A DNA stretch of 64,000 nucleotides from Eledone cirrhosa. Lineage: Eukaryota. Location: positions 45,260,001-45,324,000 of the forward strand of contig OZ024740.1 of assembly GCA_964016885.1 (NCBI GenBank), read 5' to 3'. The first letter of the stretch is position 1. Every line of letters starts with the position of its first letter. The position numbers and the translations under genes are program-made. Positions 1 through 12,784 of this stretch are shown here, one piece after another. The notes beneath the pieces are model-generated. The model had not been told where the DNA came from and ran no database searches. It saw only the letters and a list, made by a program, of their open reading frames with translations.

Positions 1-551
1 CCTCTACTGCCACTACTACTACTACTACTGCTACTACTACTACTATCACCACCACCACCACTACTACTTCTACTACCTCTACTACTTCCACTACCACCAC
101 TGCTGCCACTACTACTACTACTGCTACTACTACTACTACTACTACTACTACTATCACCACCACCACCACTACTACTTCTACTACCTCTACTACTGCCACT
201 ACCACCACTGCTGCCACTACTACTACTACTGCTACTACTACTACTACTACTACTATCACCACCACCACCACTACTACTTCTACTACCTCTACTACTGCCA
301 CTACCACCTCTACTGCCACTACTACTACTACTACTACTACTACTATCACCACCACCACCACTACTACTTCTACTACCTCTACTACTGCCACTACCACCAC
401 TGCTGCCACTACTACTGCTGCTGCTGCTGCTACTACTACTACCACCACCACCACGACTACTTCTACTCCCTATATTACTGCCACCACCACCACTACCACT
501 ACTACTGCTACAACTACCACTATCACTACTGCTCCCACTACTACCACCACA
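1..551. repeat. Degenerate (CTA/CCA/CTG)n trinucleotide minisatellite
   Basis: Continuous ctactacta/ccaccacca runs with ~100-bp higher-order blocks. Confidence 0.9.
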
Positions 552-588
552 ACTTCATCATTATCATAATGTTACATTGTCAATGTAA

Positions 589-770
589 GATGGTGGATTT
601 AGCAGAATTGGTAGAGCACCGGATAAAATAACATTGTGATATTTGTTCTGGTTCTCTACATTCTGAGTTCAAATCTCGTCGATGTCAACTTTACCTTTCA
701 TTCTTCCGATGTCGATAATATACAGTACCAGTCACATACTGGGACTCAATATAATGGACTTTCCACTTGT
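589..770 (+). mobile_element. tRNA-derived SINE, degenerate
   Basis: A-box-like tagcagaattgg, B-box gagttcaaatc (665-675), body aactttacctttcattcttcc..gtcgataa shared with other copies in the window. Confidence 0.75.
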
Positions 771-1043
771 CTCATCAGACATGAATTTCATGGAAACAGT
801 TTCATTTCCAGAACTGCAATATATGAAACAAACTGTCTAGGGATTTCTTTCTTTGTGGTTACAACATTGACCTTTTTAAGAGAGGTCAATGAGCATCGCT
901 TCATGTCAAAATTTCATCCAAGCTGTCAGTTCATTCGTCATTTTGCGCTTATAGCAACCGCTTCCATTTCCCTTCATCATCCTTTTCTTCACACTCATCC
1001 TGTCATGTAACCCATAATCTTGAGTGGCTTTAAAGCCTTATGT

Positions 1044-1565
1044 CCTTCTTCTTCTTACTTTTGCTCAACGAGGCCGGGGTCATACTAGGCCAGCGATCGC
1101 AAAGCATCGTCGTGCGTAGAGCGGACCAGGTCAACCAGCGCCCTCCATCGCTAGCGGTCCCGTACCAGCTCCTCCGCATCATCCAAGATGATGTCGAGCC
1201 TCCGGATATCCAACCATCTGGTGCGGGGCCTGCCGTGGGGCCTCTTCCAGCCTGCAACAGATGCATCGAACGAGAGTAAGGCCCTGGTAGGATGATCTGG
1301 TGGAAAGCGGAGAACATGCCCATACCAGTGCAGGCGGCAGATAGCTATGAGGCAGGAAGCTGTTGGTTGATGCGTGCACGCACGCAACACTTTGTTAGAA
1401 ATGTGGTGGTCCCATCTGATGTTTTTGATGGTCCTCAGGGTTCTGCTATCGAATCTGTCAATCCTCTTTTCCAAGATCTCAGTGAGGGGCCACGTTTCTG
1501 CTCCATAGAGGAGAACAGAGAGGACCGATGCATTGTAATTACAGAGCTTCGTCTTCTGGGAAATT
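1044..1565 (-). mobile_element. RTE-clade LINE 3' fragment with (AAG)n tail
   Basis: ORF 1151-1474(-) has RLHWYGHVLR...WKRPHGRPRTRWLD, typical of RTE C-termini; minus-strand tail aagtaagaagaagaagg. Confidence 0.8.
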
Positions 1566-1665
1566 GAGCAATATGATGACTTTTAATTTTTTTTTTTTAT
1601 TTAATGATAAAAAAAAATTGCTGGTCTTGTGCAAATGTTAGAAAGAATTATTACTGAATATCGTA

Positions 1666-1895
1666 GAGCGGTGGGTTGGCGGAATCGGTAGAGCGTCAGA
1701 CAAAATGCTTTCCGGTATTTAGTTACGACTCTACGTTTTTAGTTCAAATCCCGTCGAAGTTAGCTTTGCTTGTCATCCTTCCAGTGTCGATAAAATAAAG
1801 TATTAGTGACACTGGAGTCAATATAATCGACTCTCTTCCTCTTGCTCAGAAAAACAAATATTTATGGGGTTTGCTGCATAAGTTGGAAACTATTG
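1666..1895 (+). mobile_element. tRNA-derived SINE
   Basis: A box tggcggaatcgg, B box agttcaaatccc, body similar to the 10831-11014 copy. Confidence 0.8.
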
Positions 1896-2960
1896 TTACT
1901 GTAAAATGTTAATAAAACTACTCATCTTGTAACTTGTATGGAACAGTAACTCCTGATGGAGTCACAGAGGCACTGTCATGATATTCGGCGTTATCTTGGG
2001 CATTTAAAACATGGAGGAACCCATCAATTCTGCAGATTGGAACACAGCGGATTTCTTCCAAAGAAAGAGAAAGAATGAAAGAGAGAAAAGAAATGAGAGA
2101 TATAGAGGAATAATCAAGCCCGGTATATGACTAGTTCTTTCTTTTATCGACCTGAAAAGGATGAAAGACATGGTTGATCTGGGCGGAATTTGAACTCAGA
2201 CCGCAGAGAGCCGACGTTCTAACGACTTTGCTGAATCACAACACGTGTAATTATTATTTACTATATATTAATTTCACTATTCTGTTAATCAAACAACTGG
2301 AAGGCTCATCGTTGAAACCGATGGAGATCCAACAAAAACATATCAAAATATTCTAAGATTATACAACCGAAAGGAATGAGATAAAATAATACAAATAGCT
2401 GTAAAGAATAAAATAAACTAAGGGACACAACTGAAACATGTGTGGTATATTAAATGACGGGTCCTTAAATGGTGCAGTCGTAGGGACGCCGTTCTAACAC
2501 AGGGCTTGTCTTGGGTATTTTACACCTGGCGAATACAGGTCAGAATACAGCCGATTTGTTCATCGAGAGAGGGGAAGGGAAAGAGAAGGGAAGGAGAAAT
2601 GGAAAGAGAAAGTATGTGGGAGCGAGAGAGAAGGTATAGAGTGAGGGAATTGGTTCCAATACTAGACTGGAATTTATCGACCTCGAAGTGGTAAAAGGAA
2701 AAGTTGACCTCACAGGGATTTGAACACAGGGCTCAATGAACTGGAACACAAATCGAGCCATTTTTAATCAGACGTCATTTCACCTCCTTATATGGTATAC
2801 TAGCAGAATGGCCCGGCGTTGCTCGGGATTTGCTCTAGGGTTCTTATATATTTGATATATATTTGTCCTGATCGAGCCTCGCGAAATAAATACGTTTGTT
2901 TATATTTTGTTATTGTGTATGCAAAAATATCTGTACACGAATATATAACTATATGTATAT

Positions 2961-3152
2961 ATAGGAAAAAGTATGACCCCGACGGCAGAGCACAAGCCGT
3001 TTCGTCGGCTATTTCAGTCCATAAATAGCCGTCGAAACGGCTTGAGCTCTGCCGTCGGGGTCATACTTTTTCCTATTTCCCACTCTACTACCCTAAGTAT
3101 TGAGTACTCTGGTGCGTTATGGTCCATCTGGTTCCTTACGACAATTCCTTTG

Positions 3153-3154
<2 letters not shown>
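2961..3154. mobile_element. Family A short fold-back insertion in (TA)n
   Basis: Inverted arms ~2961-3014 and 3023-3076, plus a 3' terminus (ggtccatctggttccttac..ttcctttgtta) shared with 3577-4843, 18555-18748, 29947-30064 and 50488-50737. Confidence 0.85.
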
Positions 3155-3201
<47 letters not shown>

Positions 3202-3284
3202 AAAGTTCCATTTAAATTGTTGGGATACAACAAGCAAATATTTTTATAACTGATATAAAGCACTCGACAAATATTTGGAGTAGA

Positions 3285-3533
3285 TATACGATATTAATAA
3301 ATGGAAACTATATTTATAAAACCATATTTATTTCACTATATATATTTCAAGGATACCAAGTTAAATTATGGTATGCCTTCATCAGACAAAATACAATATA
3401 TAACAGTTTTATAAAACTGTTATATACTGTATTTTGTCTGATGAAGGCATACCATAATTTAACTTGGTATCTTTGAAATATATATAGTGAAATAAATATG
3501 GCTTTATAAATATAGTTTCCATTTATTAATATC

Positions 3534-3537
<4 letters not shown>
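3285..3537. mobile_element. Family B fold-back element with a hammerhead in each arm
   Basis: Palindrome centred ~3411. Plus-strand HHR 3429-3494: tattttgt CTGATGA aggcatacca..tggtatcttt GAAA tatata TA gtgaaata. Confidence 0.85.
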
Positions 3538-3576
<39 letters not shown>

Positions 3577-3580
<4 letters not shown>

Positions 3581-4843
3581 AACAAGTAGGACCTCGACGG
3601 CTGAGCTCAAGCTGTTTCGACGGCTAATTCTGGGCTAAATGAACATTTTTAGCCTGGTAAGTGAATAGCCGAACTTCTCAGGGGGTAATTCCATATATGG
3701 TAAAAGTGATTGTCACAAGGATTGGTCAAAAGTTTGTTGTTAAGACACATGATTCTATCATGGCATGTTGTGGAAGGTAGGGGTAGCTGAACTTGCCAGT
3801 AGAGGAAAGAGGGAGAGGGAGTGGAGGAAACCCAGTCAAGCGTTGAAAGTGAAAACTACAGCAGATTCTAAGGATAGTGTATAGAAGGTCGAAAAAGTAT
3901 ACTAGAGAAGGGGGGGGTGAAACAATAAGTAAATCTAAAGGGGAGTAAATATATAAAAATATAAAAAACAATTACTGGTTACTAGTCCCCTTCCACAATC
4001 ATCAAATCTCCCACTGGTACTGCTAAGCTATAGAAGAGTTTAATAAGTGGGAAGGAATACTAAATACGAGATTGTAGTGAAATAATTTTATGAGGCCATC
4101 ATTACAGAGGGTCTACCACCACTACTATAGTTAGTAGTAATCGGCCAATGCTATCTTACAATGACAGGTCAACAAGTTGAGGGCCCACACACTAAAAAAA
4201 AAAAAAAAAGTAATACGAAATATTAATTCAGAATCTCGAAACTAATACGAAATATTAATTCAGACTCCCGAAACGTGAATACTAATACAATATATATAAG
4301 TACTGCTACAATACATAAATTATAATACAATCTACATAAATACTCATACAATATATATAAAAACTAATAGAATATATATAAAAATACTGCTACAATACAT
4401 AAATTCTTGTTTCAACCCCCCCCCCCCCCTTCTCTAGTATACTTTTTCGACCTTCTATACACTATGCTTAGAATCTGCTGTAGTTTTCACTTTCAACGCT
4501 TGACTGGGTTTCCTCCACTCCCTCTCCCTCTTTCCTCCACTGGCAAGTTCAGCTACCCCTACCTTCCACAAAATGCCATGATAGAATCATGTGTCTTAAC
4601 AACAAACTTTTGACTAATCCTTGTGACAATCACTTTTACCATATATGGAATTAGCCCCTGAGAAGTTCGGCTATTCATTTACCAGGCTAAAAATTTTCAT
4701 TTAGCCCAGAATTTGCCGTCGAAACAGCTTGAGCTCAGCCGTCGGGGTCCTACTTGTTCCTATTACCCACTCTACTACCCTAAGTATTGAGTACTTTGGT
4801 GCGTTATGGTCCATCTGGTTCCTTACCACATTTCCTTCGTTAT
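3577..4843. mobile_element. Family A long fold-back element with variant HHR-like motif
   Basis: Arms ~3577-3924 and ~4406-4763 are inverted. At 4654-4748(+): gccc CTGAGAA ..long stem II.. GAAA cagct tgagctc agccg TC gggg. Confidence 0.8.
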
Positions 4844-5038
4844 ATATAAATTAATAAAAACAATGAAATAAAAACAAAGAACAAGTTCCTTATATTAAAA
4901 AATTCATCACTTTACGTTTCTGGGATGTATATGTGTGTTGGTATGTATATCATGTTTAAGATATGTAAAAATATTACAAATTATCAGAGGAAATATACAT
5001 ACCTTCACATATACATGCCGTCCTCAGAATATATATAC

Positions 5039-5125
<87 letters not shown>

Positions 5126-5285
5126 ATGTTGAAAAGGTAACACACTAGAGAGAGATAGTGCGCCATCAATAAAACAGGGAAAACCACCAGTGTATGGAAT
5201 CTATAATCTATGGGAGGCAGGGTAGGAACACAATAATTAAAAATATAAATTAAAATGTATATACGCACCTCTATAACTATATAAC

Positions 5286-5368
5286 ACACGCGTACAAATT
5301 CAAAGAGATCTGTTTCGCCAGGAAGTTGTTGATTGAAATGGAATAGCCTATGGTTCATCAGCGCGTGC
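5286..5368 (-). ncRNA. Type I hammerhead ribozyme
   Basis: Minus strand: gcacgcg CTGATGA acca..tggc GAAA cagat..atttg TA cgcgtgt; 7-bp stem I, 6-bp stem III, GUA site. Confidence 0.8.
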
Positions 5369-5411
5369 AAGACTATACATTTCAGACAACTCTAAGAGGT
5401 GGCAAATAGAA

Positions 5412-6059
5412 TAGGTAAATATTTAAATTATATTTTTTAATTTATTTTAAAAAATTGTTTGAATCTTACTTGCTCCTCTTATCTCAATTTTATAGTTCTG
5501 GTATGTCAAATTAATACCATGGAACAAGCACTGTATCATAGACACCCTATATATGTCCAGGGGTACTTAGTACCTGTGGGGATATTAATCTCCTTTTATA
5601 TTTTCTCCTTTATGTTGAGAACAAATCCGTTGTATTATTTAGCTGCTATTTTAGTGGCGTGATAGACAATACGTCTATGTTTACTTCCTGCTACTACTAA
5701 GGGCTGGTTCATGCACAGGTCAAGTTTACGGCCTCATTCGATCCTGTGCTAGCTGGCAGGTGGCAATATATTTTGCCGTTCCTGGGACTTTTGTCCTAGC
5801 TAAGGAAAATGCTCTCTGATGATCCGAACATTTCCATTGGAGGTCCCTAGGATCTCCAATCTTTTGTAAGGTGAAACCGTAGGTAAATATCTAAATTATA
5901 TTTTTTTATTTATTTAAAAAAATTGTTTGAATCTTACTTGCTCCGCTTATTTCAATTTTATAGTTCTGGTATCTCAAATTAATACCATGGAACAACCACT
6001 GTATCATAGACACCCTATATATTTCCAGGGGTACTTAGTACCTGTGGGGATATTAATCT

Positions 6060-6063
<4 letters not shown>
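5412..6063 (+). mobile_element. ~468-bp monomer in ~1.4 tandem copies with HHR-like motif
   Basis: Direct repeats at 5412-5595 and 5880-6063. CTGATGA at 5816, long stem II (attggaggtcc/ggatctccaat), GAAA cc gta gg TA; stem I is weak. Confidence 0.65.
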
Positions 6064-6101
<38 letters not shown>

Positions 6102-6109
<8 letters not shown>

Positions 6110-6803
6110 TTAGAATTGGAGCTCTGAAATAGCAATATATATATGAATGTATATATAATGTATTTTGCAATACACTTTATGCTTAATTAAAAGCATTTTG
6201 AAGACCGTAAGCTATTGTTTTAAAGTAGTGACAAATTCACTCACTTTGATCTCAGCAAACAGGGGAGATAAGCCGACATGCCATGTTTCGCTTTGGTTGA
6301 AGCTTATCAAGGCCAACTACCCCACCTGTCTACTGAGATCAATGATGTTATATTCTTATAGAAATCTAGTAAATAATCAGGAGCTGATTGTGCAGAGCGG
6401 TTGTTGGTCAGGCAGAACAATAGCTTACGGTCTTCAAAATGCTTTTAATTAAGCATAAAGTGTATTGCAAAATACATTATATATACATTCATATATATAT
6501 TGCTATTTCAGAGCTCCAATTCTAATTTTTAATTTCTGCCTGACCAACAACCGCTCTGCATAATCAGCTCCTGATTATTTACTAGATTTCTATAAGAATA
6601 TAACATCATTGATCTCAGTAGACAGGTGGGGTAGTTGGCCTTGATAAGCTTCAACCAAAGCGAAACATGGCATGTCGGCTTATCTCCCCTGTTTGCTGAG
6701 ATCAAAGTGAGTGAATTTGTCACTACTTTAAAACAATAGCTTACGGTCTTCAAAATGCTTTTAATTAAGCATAAAGTGTATTGCAAAATACATTATATAT
6801 ACA

Positions 6804-6808
<5 letters not shown>
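6102..6808. mobile_element. 316-bp retrozyme-like family: one monomer inverted plus ~1.2 tandem monomers
   Basis: aacaatagcttacgg occurs at 6416 and 6732 (period 316). The left arm is the reverse complement. Blocks are shared with the 310-bp array. Confidence 0.85.
6609..6705 (+). ncRNA. Type I hammerhead ribozyme, U3-A8 core variant (mirror copy 6246-6342, minus)
   Basis: ggcc TTGATAA gctt caacca aagc GAAA cat ggc atg TC ggct; distal stem I ttgatctcagtagacagg/cctgtttgctgagatcaa. Confidence 0.85.
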
Positions 6809-6846
<38 letters not shown>

Positions 6847-7316
6847 CAGTACAGAGAAATACGGAATACCTCGGCCTCGGGATCGTGCCTACATTTTGTG
6901 CTTATAAAAGAAATTCGTCGTAGATTACCAGGGTTTTTTTCTGTGCGAAGAAAATCAATACTTTATCGCGAAATAAGTACTTTTGTTTATATTTTGTTAT
7001 TGTGTATGCAAAAATATCTGTACATGAATATATAATTATATATATATTAAAATAACAGATTAAAGTTTAAGCAAAGAATCGCTACTTTCACCCTTAACGG
7101 GATCTTCTGAAACTAAAATTTAAAAAAATCGATCTGTGAACGCAGAAGTAAATATTTCGAAAAACGTTACACACTATGCATATATATACACACACTATAT
7201 ATACATATTTATACACAGACACCGCGTCATAATATCGTAATGCAGACAGTCAGACATACAGACAGATATTATAAGGGCGCAACGTTATATCTATGTATCT
7301 ATCTAAAAAGAAAGAC

Positions 7317-7353
<37 letters not shown>

Positions 7354-9192
7354 GCTAAATCGCCTAATGCGGTCCCTAGGGCATTGAAAATTAGAATTTT
7401 TTTTTTTTTTGTTCAAAACACTCACAGAACAAAACACTTTACATGTGTAAAGTTTGAAAACAATCGGTGGGTGGTTCTCGAGTTTTAGTGAGCTGACAGA
7501 CAATCAGACAGACAGACATTCTCTGTCATACCTAAATATAGATGTCTCAAACGAAAAAGGATTATCTTTGAAAACCAATACCTCAGCGATGTAAACACTT
7601 GCGAATTAACATTCAAGCAAATTGAAAAAAGAAAAAACTATCGTTGATTTTTAGTTTATAAATAAAGTATCATATTTATAAATTTTAAGCAGCAAACACG
7701 GTGAATGATGTTCTGCTCTCCATGGAGCAACAGAAGCAAAGTATCTAGACTACATGAGGCAAGCCTAAGAAGCTTACCAGTACCAGTACTAATAAAGTTA
7801 GACCAACCAACGGTACTGTGAGAATACCTAAAGTGGCGTATATATAGTATCGCTAGGGCGTCAACAGATAGAATACTTTCCGGCCCCATGAACTCTGAGT
7901 TCAAATCTCGTCAAGACCAACTATGCTTTTGAGCCTTTCATACTGGAGTAGTTTCTCTCTCTCTGGAAGAAATCAGCACGAGGAGAGATGGGCTCCGCTA
8001 TCATTAAAATACCTAGGGCACGGCAGCGCCCTTACAATTCCATTAGAAGTTCTTGGAACTGACAAATTACTAAATTACTAAATATCACAAACTCTGGTCT
8101 ACATAATAACTTGAACGCCTACTACCACCTGGTTTCTAAACAGTCACTTTACTTCGTCTACCATAAAACGACCAAATTATATTTACTGAAGTTAAATTTT
8201 ATTGAGAATAATGATGGCAGTTAATTGAAATAATACGTAAATATTTCGTTATATTGGTGCCTGGTGCTGAAGCAAATGTTTTGTGTGATGGTTGTTTGGC
8301 GTGTAAAAGATAGCAGCCAAATCTTTCTCAAATTGACCCATAGTGTCTTAAATAAAGAAAGGGTACATTGGATAATATAATCCTATATATACCACTAAAA
8401 AACGCGGTGGTCACAACTGGGACGGTTTCATCATATGCCTGCGTGATCAGGATTGATCTTCGCTCTCTCATTAAGCAGTTATAACAAACCTCAAACTATT
8501 GATGCTTTCGAAATCCCTACGAGTCTTAGAGTTCACAAACTCCAATAGCTCACACTCCACCTTAGCTCAACCAAGACATCCGTCTCTCCTCATATCATTT
8601 TATAATCTACACTGTATCTTCCCCAGCCCACAGTTTCTGTATTAAACAATTTGTCCAGCCATTCCTCCATTCCACAGATAATTTCCACCCGCATATTTCT
8701 CCCTGCCAATATGACCTACATAGTTACAAACGAATCAACCAACAGAGTAGGGCATAGATGATCACTAGTACTACTATTAATACTCTGGGTAACTAATGAA
8801 AAAAAAATTGTAAGCAAGCAAGGCAAATAAATGTCTGACATTTAATAGTTAAAGTGCAAATATTATGATCGGCCATATTGAATTGCTTTTCATACACATC
8901 TGAAATACAACCATCTATACGTAAACTCACACATACTAATACACAGAAACAATAGCCGTAATATAATGTGTTTAACATGAAATGATATGAATGTGTATGG
9001 TGTGTGAGTATGTGTACATACGGGAGCGTAGCAATATAGAAATAACAAGAGATGCTACACCTCAAAGATTTTTGCATACAAACATATTTTATCGCAAATA
9101 TCATATCTCAGATATACCTTTGGAATCCAAATCAAAACTGTACTTTACTGAGATTAGTGGGACCCATTTTGCGATCTTAATATGGTTTTGTA

Positions 9193-9257
<65 letters not shown>

Positions 9258-9368
9258 TATTGTTAGTAGAAAGAAGTAAGTACTCAATGGTAAATTAGAT
9301 GATCAGCGAGTGTGCAGGTGAAACTCCAGACTAACAAGGCTTACCACTTACTCAGCCATATTAAATGA

Positions 9369-9400
<32 letters not shown>

Positions 9401-9454
9401 ACTCTCGGGTCTCGAATAATCACCCACCCCATACCCCACTTATTAATTTTTCAG

Positions 9455-9800
9455 CAATGGTAATCGAGAATGTTAATGCCAATTTTCAAAAAGGAAGACA
9501 AGAGAGTGTGTTCCAATTACAGAGGGATCTTCTTGTTTAGCCTACCCGGCAAAGTCTATGCTAAGAGATGCAGGGAGATTGTCGTGTCCAAACTTGCTGA
9601 AGAATGGATTTCGCCCAGGACACAGTATTGTGGACCAAATATTCTCACAGCGCCAGGTCTTCGAGAAATCGTGGACTACTGCCAAGAGGTATATTCTTGT
9701 TTTGTAGACCCCGAAAAGGCATATGACCACGTTCCTCGAGACCTCCTGTGTAAGGTTGTGCAGGAGTATTGGATCGACTGTCAGCTTCTTGCTGCCCTGG
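9455..9800 (+). pseudogene. RTE-type LINE reverse-transcriptase fragment
   Basis: PIFKKEDKRVCSNYRGIFLFSLPGKVY...FVDPEKAYDHVPR; frameshifted. Confidence 0.8.
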
Positions 9801-9865
<65 letters not shown>

Positions 9866-10169
9866 GAAAGGTATAGAAATTATTGTAGCAAGAAGCCAAC
9901 AGTATTCCATAATATATAAGTGACTCTAGCGTCAAAACGGAAAAATAGTTAACGTAAGATGTGGGAAAATAATTCAAACTCAATTCAAAAAGAATCAGGA
10001 TATAGATTCATCCACAGAATTTGGTGAAATCCAGGGAAAAAACAATAGAGCCTTAACTCAGAATAAAATAAAGTTTAAAATACTCATCCTTCTATTTGGA
10101 AAAACTACAATACTCTGTATAGTCTTAAAGACTATTTTCAGTGGGGATGGTCACGGTTGGAATCGATCA

Positions 10170-10224
<55 letters not shown>

Positions 10225-10314
10225 GGGTGAAAGCAGCAATTCTTTGCTTAAACTTTAATCTGTTATTTTAATCATCATCATCATCATCTTCATCATCGTT
10301 TAACGTCTATTTTC

Positions 10315-10372
<58 letters not shown>

Positions 10373-10666
10373 ATATTAATAAATGGAAACTATATTTATA
10401 AAACCATATTTATTTTATTATACATTTTCAAGCTTATTGAAGCTTATTGAATCTTATTTAAGCTTATTGAATCCCAACAAATTAAATATAACCTCTGCAT
10501 ATATATATATATATATATGCCAACACAAGAGCAAGAATGACGAGGTCGTTCTACTGACATGACTTAAGAGGCTGTTTGCATAATTGCAAACGAATCGAAT
10601 ATTAATTATTATTAATATTCGAAAAACTCAGATTACATTTATTGTATTCAGCCATGTAGAGCGATA

Positions 10667-10710
<44 letters not shown>

Positions 10711-10830
10711 GGTAAACATTGATGCAATTCAATTCAAGCACTCAACGTACTTTTTCCACATAGGAGTGACGGAGTAAATATCGAATAAGGAAAAGCGAAG
10801 CAGTTTCAGATGTTCAAGTCCTTTAATAAT

Positions 10831-11014
10831 TGTTTCTACTTTTGGCACAGGGCCAGCAATTATCCAGTACATTACTGGTACTTTATTTTATCGACCCCGT
10901 AAGGATGAAAGGCAAAGTCAACCTCGGCGGGATTTGAACTCAGATCGTAAAGAGACGTAACTATGCTGGAAAGCATGGCGTCCGACCCTCTACCGATACT
11001 GCCAATCCACCGCC
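10831..11014 (-). mobile_element. Full-length tRNA-derived SINE with 16-bp TSD
   Basis: TSD caagtcctttaataat at 10815-10830 and 11015-11030; minus-strand A box tggcagtatcgg and B box gagttcaaatcc. Confidence 0.92.
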
Positions 11015-12693
11015 CAAGTCCTTTAATAATAATGCTGTGATATATATTTCAGTGACGATACTGGCCACACTGTTCTGTGTGCGAGTGTCGTGTCATCATC
11101 AGACAGCTTGTTACATAATAAGGTTATGTTTCCGAGGCAATCCATATTGGATCGACAAGGGAACGGATGAATTGCGTGTTCTTGGGTTTTTCACGCTCCC
11201 TTGTGAGTACCAATTCACCCCCACCGGTCTGCGCAAGCGCATGTCCGAAGGAAGTTGACCATTCTCCACCGCAGACTTCAACGAAATTTGCTTAGTCAGT
11301 TCACCCTGTCATCCAAAACAATGGCCCACCAATGCCTGTACCATATTTTACTGCTACCCATCACGGCTGTGGCAGTCAGCCGAGAGCCAGAGGGGATGTG
11401 AGAGTGTTAGTTTTTACAGGTCATAATACTACCCCTCACTAAGCGTTGACGGTACGACTGACCATCACCTTATTAGGGAAAATAAACTTATTCTAGGTAT
11501 CATGGTTTTACGTTGGAAGTTAAGAGTGAGAGTTGGAAATAAAAATTAAAATCCTAAATCAAATATCAGAAATTATAAATTAAACAATTAAGAAATTAAC
11601 AATTAGTGCTTGAATTGAATTGCATCAATGTTTACCCTAATAATTTAGCTCCAATAGTTGAGAGCTTTACGATGTAACCGATATGGTGGAGAAGAGAGGA
11701 ACCAACCATAAGCTACCCCGGAAATTCCCTCTACCATGGGGATGGAAACCCCTTACACTGGTCGGACATAATAGAAACTTTCGGCAGGATGAATACGCGG
11801 AAACAAATAATAGGATAAACCCCTATTTTCTTGCACCAAATCGCACTTGAACAGAGGCCCCCTCAATTCAATCTATACATGGACAGATGGACAATCATAT
11901 GGATCATATATGTACTCTGTGTTTTTGCATTTATTCACTGTTGGTTCTGTTCTTTTCTTTTGTGTACTTTATGTCTGTTTTTCTTTGATTTTGTTCCATG
12001 TGATGGAAATTAGGACTGTGTACCAGATTGACTAATGCCTGGAGCCCTGTAGTTATAATGTATGACACTGTCGTTCAATATGTGGATAGAGTAACTGTGA
12101 CACTAGAACCCCTCTCAGAACTTATTACTTAAACACCTCTCTCCATATTATTTACTCACTTCAGTCTATATTTTTACTCACCTCAATCCGAATTATCACC
12201 CGAAAGGAATTTTTTTAATTCTTTGTTTAATTCTTTAATTTCTAATTGTTAATTTCTTAATTGTTTAATTTATAATTTCTGATATTTGATTTAGGATTTT
12301 AATTTTTATTTCCAACTCTCACTCTTAACTTCCAACGTAAAACCTAGAATAAGTTTATTTTCCCTAATAAGGTGATGACCTGTAAAAACTAACACTCTCC
12401 CATCCCCTCTGGCTCTCGGCTGACTGCCACAGCCGTGATGGGTAGCAGTAAAATATGGTACAGGCATTGGTGGGCCATTGTTTTGGATGACAGGGTGAAC
12501 TGACTAAGCAAATTTCGTTGAAGTCTGCGGTGGAGAATGGTCAACTTCCTTCGGACATGCGCTTGCGCAGGCCGGTGGGGGTGAATTGGTACTCACAAAG
12601 GAGCGGATGAAAAACCCAAGAACACGCAATTCATCCGTTCCCTTGTCGATCCAATTTGGATTGCCTCGGAAACATAACCTTATTATGTAACAA

Positions 12694-12767
12694 GCTGTCT
12701 GATGATGACACGACACTCACACACAGAACAGTGTGGCCAGTGTCGTCACTGAAATATATATCACAGC
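12694..12767 (+). ncRNA. Type I hammerhead ribozyme (mirror copy ~11034-11107, minus)
   Basis: gctgt CTGATGA tgacacgacact..agtgtcgtcact GAAA tatata TC acagc; perfect 5-bp stem I. Confidence 0.85.
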
Positions 12768-12784
12768 ATTATTATTAAAGGACT

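Larger units (their letters stand above)
2797..7543 (+). mobile_element. Possible non-autonomous Helentron/DINE-like element, split by nested PLE-type insertions
   Basis: 5' end tactagcagaatggcccggcgttgctcggg; 3' part aagtttgaaaacaatcgg...(gaca)n...atatagat. An ~80-bp block is duplicated at ~2879-2960 and ~6966-7045. Confidence 0.35.

Noticed and set aside
4905-5035. Hammerhead on minus strand (CTGAGGA..long stem II..GAAACGTA)
   Set aside because: Stem I is absent or truncated by the TA tract, so it cannot be supported as intact.
10831-11014. tRNA genes
   Set aside because: The A/B boxes belong to SINE heads; there is no cloverleaf and a TSD is present.
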